A DNA stretch of 64,000 nt, taken from positions 1 to 64,000 of the IMG/VR virus record IMGVR_UViG_3300034284_003265; one strand, given 5' to 3'. The notes under the pieces were generated by a model that did no database searches, was not told the origin of the DNA, and was given only the letters and a program-made list of their open reading frames with translations. The DNA comes from a virus. Below, piece by piece: positions 17,001 to 24,831 of the stretch. A program made the translations under genes and the position numbers. Each line of letters starts with the position of its first letter. Position 1 is the first letter of the stretch.

Positions 17001-17078
17001 GCTTCGGTGGTGAAAATGGATTTATCACGCAACGCTACGAACGTTGAGTTTGGGGTTCGAATCCTCACTGAAGCGCCA
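17001..17078 (+). tRNA. tRNA-Arg(ACG)
   Basis: CAACG-CT ACG AA-CGTTG, GCCA. Confidence 0.9.
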
Positions 17079-17089
17079 ATTTACATAAT

Positions 17090-17166
17090 GGCCTCATCGT
17101 CTAATGGCAAAGGACGGTAGACTTTCAATCTACAAATCGTGGGTTCAATTCCCCGTGGGGCTACCA
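17090..17166 (+). tRNA. tRNA-Glu(UUC)
   Basis: GTAGA-CT TTC AA-TCTAC, ACCA. Confidence 0.9.
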
Positions 17167-17174
17167 TTTTAAAA

Positions 17175-17260
17175 GTGACGAGGGCAACAAAGAGACTTAA
17201 ACCCAAAAGATTGAAGGAGCCCTGCATGCCGGGTAATTCCTACTGGGGTAATCTCGTCAC
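17175..17260 (+). ncRNA. stem-closed non-tRNA RNA
   Basis: GTGACGAG/CTCGTCAC termini. Confidence 0.55.
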
Positions 17261-17270
17261 AATATTTAAC

Positions 17271-17347
17271 GGTCGCATCGTCTATGTGTGATAGGACACC
17301 ATCCTCTCAAGATGGAGAATAGGGTTCAAATCCCAATGCGACTACCA
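17271..17347 (+). tRNA. tRNA-Glu(CUC)
   Basis: CCATC-CT CTC AA-GATGG, ACCA. Confidence 0.9.
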
Positions 17348-17357
17348 TTTATAGTAT

Positions 17358-17435
17358 ATCCGCCAATGTTCCAAGGATTAGGCGACAGGCTCTCCAAAAG
17401 CCCGTGGGTAAGTTCGATTCTTACGGTGGATGCCA
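17358..17435 (+). tRNA. tRNA-Trp(CCA)
   Basis: GGCT-CT CCA AA-AGCC, GCCA. Confidence 0.85.
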
Positions 17436-17442
17436 TTTTTCA

Positions 17443-17556
17443 AATACATTAGGTGAAGGCAACGAACGTAGCTTAACTGGTAAAGCAACCGCACGAATAA
17501 GCGGGAGTCATTCAGTTCGAATCTGAATCAATAGTTGAAGTAGTAAGTAATGTATT
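17443..17556 (+). ncRNA. tRNA-like core inside an extended interrupted stem
   Basis: D-arm TAGCTTAACTGGTAAAGC, T-arm TTCAG-TTCGAAT-CTGAA, outer stem AATACATTA/TAATGTATT. Confidence 0.6.
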
Positions 17557-17647
17557 GACACTGATAGACATTGAAGGTTATAATCTGACGAGGTTATAAT
17601 TAGTAGGTGGAACAAGCATAGTGAAATCCAGTAAACATTTTTTTAAT

Positions 17648-17721
17648 TCTCGGATCGTATAATAGTATTACCTTCGGTTGTTACCCGAATGATAAGGGTG
17701 CGATTCCTTTTCCGAGAGCCA
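17648..17721 (+). tRNA. tRNA-Asn(GUU)
   Basis: TTCGG-TT GTT AC-CCGAA, GCCA. Confidence 0.9.
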
Positions 17722-17729
17722 TTTTCAAT

Positions 17730-17855
17730 TCCAGAGTAGCTCAATGGTAGAGCATTCGGCTGTGGGCCATAAAGTATTATTTAATAGAGAGTGCAAATCT
17801 CATAAGGCCAAAGTTAACCGAAATGTTGAAGGTTCGAGCCCTTCCTCTGGAGCCA
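17730..17855 (+). tRNA. tRNA-Asn(GUU) with a 51-nt insertion in the anticodon loop
   Basis: canonical body; removing 17762-17812 restores TTCGG-CT GTT AA-CCGAA. Confidence 0.75.
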
Positions 17856-17860
17856 TTTTC

Positions 17861-17965
17861 AAGTGGGACTAGTAATTGATAAAAAACAAATCAGATAGAT
17901 AAGCAAGTTCGAAATTGTTTGACCCGTGTGAAATCCTGATGTAAGTTTAGATGAAAGTCCCTTTT
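17861..17965 (+). ncRNA. stem-closed non-tRNA RNA
   Basis: GGGACT/AGTCCC termini, ATCAG/CTGAT inner helix. Confidence 0.45.
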
Positions 17966-17972
17966 AATTTTT

Positions 17973-18089
17973 TATATGATGTATGGAGTATGCTGATTAA
18001 GGGTTAGGCAGTTGATCAAATTGCAATAGTATGAACATAAAGTGCCTTAAGAGATTTAAATAATTTCATTGTTCATCATACATTATATA
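17973..18089 (+). ncRNA. stem-closed non-tRNA RNA
   Basis: ATATGATGTATG-like 5' end pairs with CATACATTATAT; inner TTAAGGG/CCTTAA. Confidence 0.5.
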
Positions 18090-18095
18090 TTTTTT

Positions 18096-18182
18096 GGGAG
18101 TATCGCATAGCAGCAATTGCAAGAGACTGTAAATCTCTCGGCCGAAAGGCCTACGTAGGTGCAAGTCCTACTGCTCCCACCA
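18096..18182 (+). tRNA. tRNA-Tyr(GUA)
   Basis: AGAGA-CT GTA AA-TCTCT, long variable arm, ACCA. Confidence 0.9.
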
Positions 18183-18187
18183 TTTTT

Positions 18188-18275
18188 GGGTTATTATACT
18201 ACTAAAGACGTAGCTCTGACTGTAAATCAGAAGGCCATAGTGCCTGGGTAGGAGCATTACCTACATAACCCACCA
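18188..18275 (+). tRNA. tRNA-Tyr(GUA)
   Basis: TCTGA-CT GTA AA-TCAGA, T-loop AGCATTA, ACCA. Confidence 0.85.
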
Positions 18276-18280
18276 TTTTT

Positions 18281-18430
18281 ATTCGGTGTCAGCAGGCTCA
18301 CGATGCTGAAGAAAGAGTTGATAATTGCAAGTATCAATGTCGTGGAGAGTGAGTGGGTTGATCTATACAAGATATCGTGCTATAGGTCGTAATGATGTCT
18401 GTTAAACATTCCCGTAAACCAACATCGAAT
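18281..18430 (+). ncRNA. stem-closed non-tRNA RNA
   Basis: ATTCGGTGT/ACATCGAAT termini; CACGAT/GTCGTG inner helix. Confidence 0.5.
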
Positions 18431-18435
18431 TGTTT

Positions 18436-18516
18436 TTGACAGGTGCTAGTGCGCATGGCGTGGTAAAGGAGCGGGCGACTCTGTTCCGAGAAGGTTCGAT
18501 TCCTTTGACTTGTCAA
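18436..18516 (+). ncRNA. tRNA-like RNA with a T-arm but no canonical anticodon arm
   Basis: TTGACAGGT/ACTTGTCAA, GAAGG-TTCGATT-CCTTT. Confidence 0.55.
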
Positions 18517-18528
18517 TTTATTTTTAAT

Positions 18529-18604
18529 CCCAGTTAAGCTAACCTAGTGAAAGCGCAAGTCTGAAGAACTTGAGAGGTTGGGGCGGAACCAACAACTGGG
18601 ACCA
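18529..18604 (+). tRNA. tRNA-Phe(GAA)
   Basis: CAAGT-CT GAA GA-ACTTG, T-loop GGCGGAA, ACCA. Confidence 0.85.
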
Positions 18605-18620
18605 TTTTTTAAGAAAGATG

Positions 18621-18648
18621 TTGACGGAACTATAAAGTGTGGTAAGAT
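18621..18648 (+). promoter_or_regulatory. internal sigma70-type promoter
   Basis: TTGACG-16-TAAGAT with extended TG. Confidence 0.65.
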
Positions 18649-18690
18649 GATTATAGTTCGTTGACAATGTAAGATGAAATTTTTAATAAT

Positions 18691-18769
18691 GGAAGTGAAG
18701 CTACAATAGACGGGCATCTGACTCTTAATCAGAATATTCGTGTGGGGGCAGTACCCACCACTTCCACCA
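18691..18769 (+). tRNA. tRNA-Lys(CUU)
   Basis: TCTGA-CT CTT AA-TCAGA, T-loop GGCAGTA. Confidence 0.85.
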
Positions 18770-18772
18770 ATT

Positions 18773-18886
18773 TTGAGTGGCGTATGAAAGATTCAATCGG
18801 TTCCATAAGGATTTAAAGAAGATATTCTTTTTTTCCGGGTATAAAAAATCCGTAATGGTCTCATAACTACGAGATATCCCGCTCAA
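18773..18886 (+). ncRNA. stem-closed non-tRNA RNA
   Basis: TTGAGTGG/CCGCTCAA termini; GGATTT/AAATCC inner helix. Confidence 0.5.
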
Positions 18887-18896
18887 GTTAATTTAT

Positions 18897-18974
18897 GGAT
18901 CGGTAACTCAACTGGATTAGAGTATTCGGCTCTTACCCGAAAGGTTGTGGGTTCAAATCCCACCCGGTCCACCA
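18897..18974 (+). tRNA. tRNA-Lys(CUU)
   Basis: TTCGG-CT CTT AC-CCGAA, ACCA. Confidence 0.9.
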
Positions 18975-19068
18975 TTTTGTAAGTCTAGCGGTAACTCGTA
19001 ACCGATATTTGCCGGGGTTGAAATCCTAGGGATTAAAGAGTGACAGAGGGAAAGACCCACCAATTTAT

Positions 19069-19147
19069 GGAGTCAAAGCCACAATAGACGGGCAGCCGGC
19101 TTTTAACCGGACGATTCGTGTGGGAGCATTACCCACTGGCTCCACCA
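19069..19147 (+). tRNA. tRNA-Lys(UUU)
   Basis: CCGG-CT TTT AA-CCGG, T-loop AGCATTA. Confidence 0.85.
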
Positions 19148-19485
19148 ATTTAATGGGTAACTGACCCCATAAGTGACTGCCGACCGGTACAATCGGTAAA
19201 ACACAGAGACGGCGTGGAGAGCACAGCACCAATTTTTGTTATTTGACAAAGCTAGTCAAGAAGGTTTGTATTGGGTCGCTCCTGATACTATTTCCTTGAA
19301 GATAGATACGAATATAGTTTAAGAGAAGAACGCCGGCGTGTGCTGGAGGCTTGAGGTGCAATTCCTCAATGAGTGTAGAACGTAATTTTACGTGAAATCC
19401 TTTAAAAAATCCAATTTCGTTATGTGTTTGATATAATATTCACGGTGTGAAAAGCTTCCGTGGCAAAAAATCAAATACATAATAT

Positions 19486-19564
19486 GGGGGTATAGTGTAA
19501 TTGGCTAACATCGCACACTGTCACTGTGCAGACTTGCTCGGTTCGAATCCGGCTACCCTCGCCA
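19486..19564 (+). tRNA. tRNA-Asp(GUC)
   Basis: GCACA-CT GTC AC-TGTGC, GCCA. Confidence 0.9.
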
Positions 19565-19571
19565 TTTCAAT

Positions 19572-19645
19572 TGGCTATTAGCTCAATAGTAGAGCATTCG
19601 GCTGATAACCGAAAGAACACGGGGCGGTACCGTGATAGCCAACCA
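19572..19645 (+). tRNA. tRNA-Ile(GAU)
   Basis: TTCGG-CT GAT AA-CCGAA, T-loop GGCGGTA. Confidence 0.88.
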
Positions 19646-19652
19646 TTTTAAC

Positions 19653-19729
19653 GCACTCGTAGCTCAATTGGATAGAGCAACTCGTTTCTACCGAGAAGGT
19701 TGCAGGTTCAAGTCCTGCCGGGTGTGCCA
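19653..19729 (+). tRNA. tRNA-Arg(UCU)
   Basis: CTCG-TT TCT AC-CGAG, GCCA. Confidence 0.9.
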
Positions 19730-19734
19730 TTTTT

Positions 19735-19808
19735 GCCTTCATAGTATAAAAGTATTACACATCATTGGTAATGATGAAACGCAGGGGCGGTACCTGCTGG
19801 AGGCTCCA
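19735..19808 (+). tRNA. tRNA-Thr(GGU)
   Basis: CATCA-TT GGT AA-TGATG, T-loop GGCGGTA, TCCA. Confidence 0.88.
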
Positions 19809-19861
19809 TATTAAAAATATATTTAGAAGTGTGGGGATTATATATATAGTAAAATAAATTT

Positions 19862-20665
19862 ATGGAATCTACAAACGCTCCCCAAACATTTTCGTTTACT
19901 AATAAAAAGGTATTATATGCAATAATTGCTGTAATTGTATTGGTAATTTTTGGATTATACACATTATTTAGTTCATTGAATAGAGATAATAAAGCTTTAA
20001 CTAAGAAGGTTGTTAATCAGACTGAGATTGTTGTAAATCAAAGTTTATTAATTACCAATTTAAATCAAAAGAATGTGGAATTGGCGACGTTATTGAAGAG
20101 TTATGACAATAAATTGAGTATATTGCATACTAATTTAACTCAGTTACAAAGTATTACCGAGAAGTTAAAAGTATCATCTGATGAAAAGGATGTGAAGATT
20201 AAAGATTTGTCTCAAGAAAAAACTGCGCTTGAATCTGATTTAAAGTCTTTGCGTAATACGCTTACAAAAATGACTAAAGAGATCGTAGATTTGAGTGATG
20301 AACTTAAAGTTGCTAAGACTGACAAAGATCAAAATGATCTTGTAGCTAAGATTGAAGAGCTTACGAAAGAAAGAGATTTTTTGAAGAACAAGATTGCTGA
20401 GTATGAAAAGATCATAGAAGAATTGAAGAAAGAAAATGCACTTTTGGCTCAAAATTTGCGACAAAATCTGAAAAAAGATGGATATGAATTTCACAACAAA
20501 TTGGGAGAGTGGCCAAAAGGTGCAGAAGTGTTGATGAGGATTGCTAAGCAAAATGCACAAAAGATTTTAGATGAAGTTAACAAAACTGATGAGCCAAAAG
20601 AAGAAGAAAAACCTAAAAAAGTAGGTTTTTGGAAGCGTATTTTTGGTTCGGGTGAAACTGAATGA
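19862..20665 (+). CDS. membrane-anchored coiled-coil protein
   Basis: N-terminal TM helix, long heptad region, C-terminal amphipathic GFWKRIFG. Confidence 0.8.
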   Translation: MESTNAPQTFSFTNKKVLYAIIAVIVLVIFGLYTLFSSLNRDNKALTKKVVNQTEIVVNQSLLITNLNQKNVELATLLKSYDNKLSILHTNLTQLQSITEKLKVSSDEKDVKIKDLSQEKTALESDLKSLRNTLTKMTKEIVDLSDELKVAKTDKDQNDLVAKIEELTKERDFLKNKIAEYEKIIEELKKENALLAQNLRQNLKKDGYEFHNKLGEWPKGAEVLMRIAKQNAQKILDEVNKTDEPKEEEKPKKVGFWKRIFGSGETE

Positions 20666-20671
20666 TTTAAT

Positions 20672-20745
20672 GCCTGTTTAGTTTAGTGGTAAAACGGTTG
20701 TTTCGTAAACAACGATCACAGGTTCGATTCCAGTAACAGGCTCCA
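20672..20745 (+). tRNA. tRNA-Thr(CGU)
   Basis: GTTGT-TT CGT AA-ACAAC, TCCA. Confidence 0.9.
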
Positions 20746-20752
20746 TATTAGT

Positions 20753-20827
20753 GTCTCGTTGGTCGAGTAGTTAGGCAGCTGTCTGCAAAACAGCATTAGG
20801 TTGGTGCAAATCCAACACGGGACTCCA
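20753..20827 (+). tRNA. tRNA-Cys(GCA)
   Basis: GCTGT-CT GCA AA-ACAGC, TCCA. Confidence 0.9.
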
Positions 20828-20844
20828 TTTTTTATATATTTATT

Positions 20845-21321
20845 ATGTATATGATATTATTGAGAAATTTACTCTCTGAGGCGCCTATTGGGTTAACAGT
20901 ATATAGAGGGGTTAATCCAGCTTATGGAGATGTAGGTTTGGGTATCAATAGTACCAAGATAGGTGATAAATTAGTTGCGACATTGGGGCCTAATCATACT
21001 GATAATTTAGATGTTGCTAAGCGATTTGGCAAACAGATAATAACTACTAAATTAAATGGATCTGGATTGGAATTGGCTCATTATAATGATATAATTAATT
21101 TATATAAGCAGTATGAAAATATGTTACCGCCTGGTCTTGCAAAACAAATCAAATATAGTAGTGGACAAGAACAATTGAATCTAATACAATTAGCTGGTAA
21201 AGAATTGCGTAATATATTGAGTAAGAAATATGGATATATCAAGAGTCCGCTAGCGGTGAGTGATGCTAATTATTTAAGTCAAAAAGGATTAACAGGAGAT
21301 TTGTATATACCGTTGAGATAA
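20845..21321 (+). CDS. hypothetical protein, possibly ADP-ribosyltransferase fold
   Basis: LRNLLSE leader; VYRG...HTDNLDVAKRF pattern. Confidence 0.5.
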   Translation: MYMILLRNLLSEAPIGLTVYRGVNPAYGDVGLGINSTKIGDKLVATLGPNHTDNLDVAKRFGKQIITTKLNGSGLELAHYNDIINLYKQYENMLPPGLAKQIKYSSGQEQLNLIQLAGKELRNILSKKYGYIKSPLAVSDANYLSQKGLTGDLYIPLR

Positions 21322-21340
21322 TCAAACTACTTATTTAGGT

Positions 21341-21514
21341 ATGGAAAGATCTAATCTCTATCAAAAGTTTTTGCAGTTAAAAAATGAAATAGAAAAACAC
21401 AAATGGATAGAGAGTGAGAAAAAAGGTAATGATATAGGTTTTGAGCGAGCATTAGTTGATTGGATGTCTAAACATAGAAATGGTTGGTGTGAGAATATAA
21501 AGCAGAATAAATAA
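21341..21514 (+). CDS. DUF4032-like small protein (57 aa, not in ORF track)
   Basis: EIEKHKWIESEKKGNDIGFERALVDW motif. Confidence 0.7.
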   Translation: MERSNLYQKFLQLKNEIEKHKWIESEKKGNDIGFERALVDWMSKHRNGWCENIKQNK

Positions 21515-21534
21515 AATTAATATATTTATAATAT

Positions 21535-21963
21535 ATGACCAAATCCGATTTTAAAAAAATTATAAAAGAATTGATGCTAGAAGTACTTTCCGAAGATTAT
21601 AAAGGTGAACCAAATCACGCAGCAGAAGTAGAAAGTGATAAATTAACCGCAACTCTTTCTGAAGATGACACCATTAAAGACATTAAGGATTTAGAGAAGT
21701 TGTTGAAGAACCCGGATCCAAGTAGAGTAAAAGATTATGGTTCTATTGATAAGTATAAAAAAATGTTAATAGCTAAAATTGCTAGATTAAAGAAACAAAA
21801 AAATGAAAGTGGCGATCCTTTTAGAGACATTGTGAAAAAGTATGCTAGTCTTTATAGAGATAGTGAATTATCCCGTAGAGAGAAGGAAGATTATTTTAAA
21901 TGGTTGCAAACAAATCAGCCTGAAAAATTCAAAAAGGTTGTAGATAAGATTAAAAAGAAGTAA
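21535..21963 (+). CDS. hypothetical (possible head-internal) protein
   Basis: KKIIKELMLEVLSE N-terminus; charged. Confidence 0.7.
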   Translation: MTKSDFKKIIKELMLEVLSEDYKGEPNHAAEVESDKLTATLSEDDTIKDIKDLEKLLKNPDPSRVKDYGSIDKYKKMLIAKIARLKKQKNESGDPFRDIVKKYASLYRDSELSRREKEDYFKWLQTNQPEKFKKVVDKIKKK

Positions 21964-22066
21964 AAATATAGGTTTAAATTTAAACAAGTGAAACGATTAA
22001 TGTAAAAATTAATCGTTTTATTTTTTATTGACAATCGACCGTTAACAAGTATAATAAAAGTATAGT

Positions 22067-22390
22067 ATGAATGAATTAAGTAAAATTGATATGGCGAATT
22101 TAGTCTTTAGTGAAGACAAAAAGATTAAAATCAAAAATGTATTATGTGATAAGTATGGTGCGACTGACGTTCAATATAGAGACCTATCATATGGTATTTG
22201 TATTGATGTAGTTGGAACTGACAGTTTTAGATTTGTCAAGAATGCCATAATGAAAACATTGGACGTTCATGAAGAAACGTTATCTGTTTTGGGCGAAAGT
22301 AAGAGAAGCATGAAAGCTTCTTATGTTTATTTGCCTGAAAAAGATAAAGCATTGAACAAACGTCTTAAAAAGTTAAAGACTACAGTCTAA
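22067..22390 (+). CDS. hypothetical protein
   Basis: behind a consensus TTGACA..TATAAT promoter. Confidence 0.7.
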   Translation: MNELSKIDMANLVFSEDKKIKIKNVLCDKYGATDVQYRDLSYGICIDVVGTDSFRFVKNAIMKTLDVHEETLSVLGESKRSMKASYVYLPEKDKALNKRLKKLKTTV

Positions 22391-22537
22391 AAATAATAAG
22401 TTATAATATTATTATAATAACTATATATAAATTAAATAATCAATTTCGAAAGGTGCATTTTTGACTTTTCGGATAACGTTAAGCTGTTCTTAACGTCGTT
22501 AGTAAACATAAACAAACAAAATAAAGGATAGTTAAAT

Positions 22538-23248
22538 ATGAAGAAAGTATTAGTATTATTGTCAGTATTGGCCGCTCTAGCAGTATCAGCTGGCGACAAC
22601 TCAAACCTCTCAGTAGAAGCTGGGTACAACAACCAATACATCGTAAATGGTGTAGCTCGTTCCGAGGGATCAGCATTTGTTGGTGTAGGTGCTGTAAAGA
22701 GTTTAAAGTATGCGGATGTATACTTGGGTGGTACTCTATTGGCTAATGGTGATCAAGATCAATCACACTGGACGTTGGGTGCTGGTAAGGAAGTTAGTGT
22801 ATGGAAGGATGTATTTTCTGCCCGTGCTGACGCTACTGTAACTCGCCATCAAGCTGGTAGTTTTGGTATTCCAAACAGTACTGAATTTGGTGTTAAGTTG
22901 GCTCTACCAAACAAGTTGGCAACTCCATATGTACGTGGTGCATTTGACATTGACCTAGACCAAAAGGGTGCATTCGTTGGTTTGGAACGTGCTCAAAAGT
23001 TGCCATTTGGTTTTGTAATTACTCCCGCTGTTGAATACGGTAAGGTATTTGGCGTATCGAGTGATTATACAGCTGTAAATGCTAAGGCATCATTGACTCG
23101 TCCATTCGAAACTTCATTTGGTGTATTGACTCCATTTGCTACTGTTGGATGGTATGATAATAATTTCAAGGTTGGCAATTATAATTGGGCAACCCGTGAA
23201 TTTAGTGGAGATGTAGTATATTCTGGTGGTTTGAGATTAACCTTCTAA
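22538..23248 (+). CDS. outer-membrane beta-barrel protein (TIGR02001-like)
   Basis: signal peptide, YNNQYIVNG motif, alternating strands, C-terminal GLRLTF. Confidence 0.75.
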   Translation: MKKVLVLLSVLAALAVSAGDNSNLSVEAGYNNQYIVNGVARSEGSAFVGVGAVKSLKYADVYLGGTLLANGDQDQSHWTLGAGKEVSVWKDVFSARADATVTRHQAGSFGIPNSTEFGVKLALPNKLATPYVRGAFDIDLDQKGAFVGLERAQKLPFGFVITPAVEYGKVFGVSSDYTAVNAKASLTRPFETSFGVLTPFATVGWYDNNFKVGNYNWATREFSGDVVYSGGLRLTF

Positions 23249-23272
23249 TCTAAACCAGAATAGTGTATGATG

Positions 23273-23300
23273 ACCCGCTTAGAAATAAGCGGGTTTTTTT
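23273..23300 (+). terminator. intrinsic terminator
   Basis: ACCCGCTTA/TAAGCGGGT + T tract. Confidence 0.85.
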
Positions 23301-23339
23301 ATTTTAATAGTCTATTTATAATTAAAGAAAGGTTTATTT

Positions 23340-24293
23340 ATGTCATCAACAAGTGGATCAAGTGGTAGTAGCGGAATAGGCACTTCCTCATTAAAAACAA
23401 TAGTTCTTCAATCGAAATCTGTAGTAACTAAATTTATATCTAATATATTGGTACCAAAAGTGATACATAGTACGGCAGTTGGTAGTAGTGGAATAGGTGG
23501 CAGTAGTGGATCTTCTGATAGTGTACGTACTAATTGGATATCGAATATTAAATCCACACTGATAAAAATGATGGTAGCCAGCAAAGACCGTAGTTTATTC
23601 AGTGCATTTATCCAATCTACTTTTTCTTGGGTTCGAAATCCTGCTTCTTGGGTGACATCTTATAAATGGACAGGTACTGCTGCTGGTATAAATGGACTTG
23701 GTGGTGTTGGAGGTGGAACTCTTATTACTAGCAAGCATGTCTTATTGTCTGCACACGTTCCTTATTTGCCAAATTCAGAAATCTTTTTTGTTAACGATAA
23801 CAATGTGACTTTCAAATACAACATCATCAAGATCGACAAGATTGATGGAAGTGATATTGCAATTGGAACGCTTGATCGATCAATTGATAGTAGTCTTAAG
23901 ATATATTCAGTATTACCAGACAACTGGCAACAATATATCAAAACTGAAATTAATAGTGTGATGGGGGTACAATTCATAACTTTACGGTTACCTGTGTTGT
24001 TCCTCAATCAAGACAAAAAAGTTTCAATTGGAGATATGACACGATTGATTGATGCAGTTGCTGATGTAGAATCTTCAGTATTTGGTACATCACAATCGTA
24101 TTATGAAACACAAAGAGTTGGTGATTCTGGAAATCCAATATTTGTGCAGGTAGGCAGTGAACTGGTACTGTTGGGTGCGTGGTATAAAGTTGGATCTTTT
24201 GCTTGGGTAATCAGTAGAAAAACTCAAATTGAGTCTATTATTGGTCAAAAACTGAACGTAATTAATATGACTGGATTTGAGAAGGTATCCTGA
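23340..24293 (+). CDS. trypsin-like serine protease
   Basis: GGTLITSKHVLLSAH, DIAIG, GDSGNP catalytic-triad motifs. Confidence 0.85.
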   Translation: MSSTSGSSGSSGIGTSSLKTIVLQSKSVVTKFISNILVPKVIHSTAVGSSGIGGSSGSSDSVRTNWISNIKSTLIKMMVASKDRSLFSAFIQSTFSWVRNPASWVTSYKWTGTAAGINGLGGVGGGTLITSKHVLLSAHVPYLPNSEIFFVNDNNVTFKYNIIKIDKIDGSDIAIGTLDRSIDSSLKIYSVLPDNWQQYIKTEINSVMGVQFITLRLPVLFLNQDKKVSIGDMTRLIDAVADVESSVFGTSQSYYETQRVGDSGNPIFVQVGSELVLLGAWYKVGSFAWVISRKTQIESIIGQKLNVINMTGFEKVS

Positions 24294-24333
24294 AAGTTAA
24301 TGAAGTTTATTTGAAAATTATTTAATAATTTTG

Positions 24334-24362
24334 TTGATTTTGAATTTCAAACACTATATATT
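24334..24362 (+). promoter_or_regulatory. promoter of leader 2
   Basis: TTGATT-17-TATATT, ATG 9 nt later. Confidence 0.6.
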
Positions 24363-24371
24363 ATTACGAAT

Positions 24372-24425
24372 ATGAATTTAATTTCACAACCTAGTCAAGC
24401 CAGTCAACTCCCATCCGGAAGTTGA
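24372..24425 (+). CDS. attenuator leader peptide 2 (MNLISQPSQASQLPSGS)
   Basis: stop codon overlaps the antiterminator strand; codons match tRNA array 2. Confidence 0.8.
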   Translation: MNLISQPSQASQLPSGS

Positions 24426-24495
24426 GTGAGAGGTTGTTTGCTATAAAGATCCAACCCGTCACTCTACGAAAAAAGAATGACGGGTTTTTGATTTT
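24424..24495 (+). promoter_or_regulatory. attenuator 2: antiterminator GAGTGA-GA-GGTTG/CAACC-CG-TCACTC versus terminator AACCCGTCA/TGACGGGTT + T tract
   Basis: mutually exclusive hairpins sharing 24453-24460. Confidence 0.8.
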
Positions 24496-24500
24496 AGTGG

Positions 24501-24528
24501 TTGACAATTTGAGAAGGTATGGTAAATT
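24501..24528 (+). promoter_or_regulatory. sigma70-type promoter upstream of tRNA array 2
   Basis: TTGACA-16-TAAATT with extended TG. Confidence 0.65.
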
Positions 24529-24599
24529 AGAAATATAACGAACGGGGTTGAAACTCTATCTGATGTCCCCAACGAAAGTTAAAACATTTGATCGGTCAC

Positions 24600-24627
24600 T
24601 GGGTGTTATGCTGAAATACAGAACCCA
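24600..24627 (+). repeat. 28-nt element identical to 16652-16679, in the leader of tRNA array 2
   Basis: TGGGTGTTATGCTGAAATACAGAACCCA. Confidence 0.95.
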
Positions 24628-24668
24628 ACTGGCGATAATTAAAATAAGTTAAATAACAATTTTTAAAT

Positions 24669-24743
24669 GGGCGGTTAGCTCAGTGGAAGAGCAGGACCTT
24701 TACACGGTCAAGGCCAGAGGTTCAAATCCTTTACCGCCTACCA
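24669..24743 (+). tRNA. tRNA-Val(UAC)
   Basis: GACC-TT TAC AC-GGTC, ACCA. Confidence 0.9.
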
Positions 24744-24750
24744 TTTTAAT

Positions 24751-24824
24751 CGGTCACAAGTGTTACGGTAGCATACGTGCTTTGGGAGCATGGGGAGACA
24801 GTTCAATTCTGTCGTGGCCGACCA
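24751..24824 (+). tRNA. tRNA-Pro(UGG)
   Basis: CGTGC-TT TGG GA-GCATG, C1-G72, ACCA. Confidence 0.9.
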
Positions 24825-24831
24825 TTTTATT

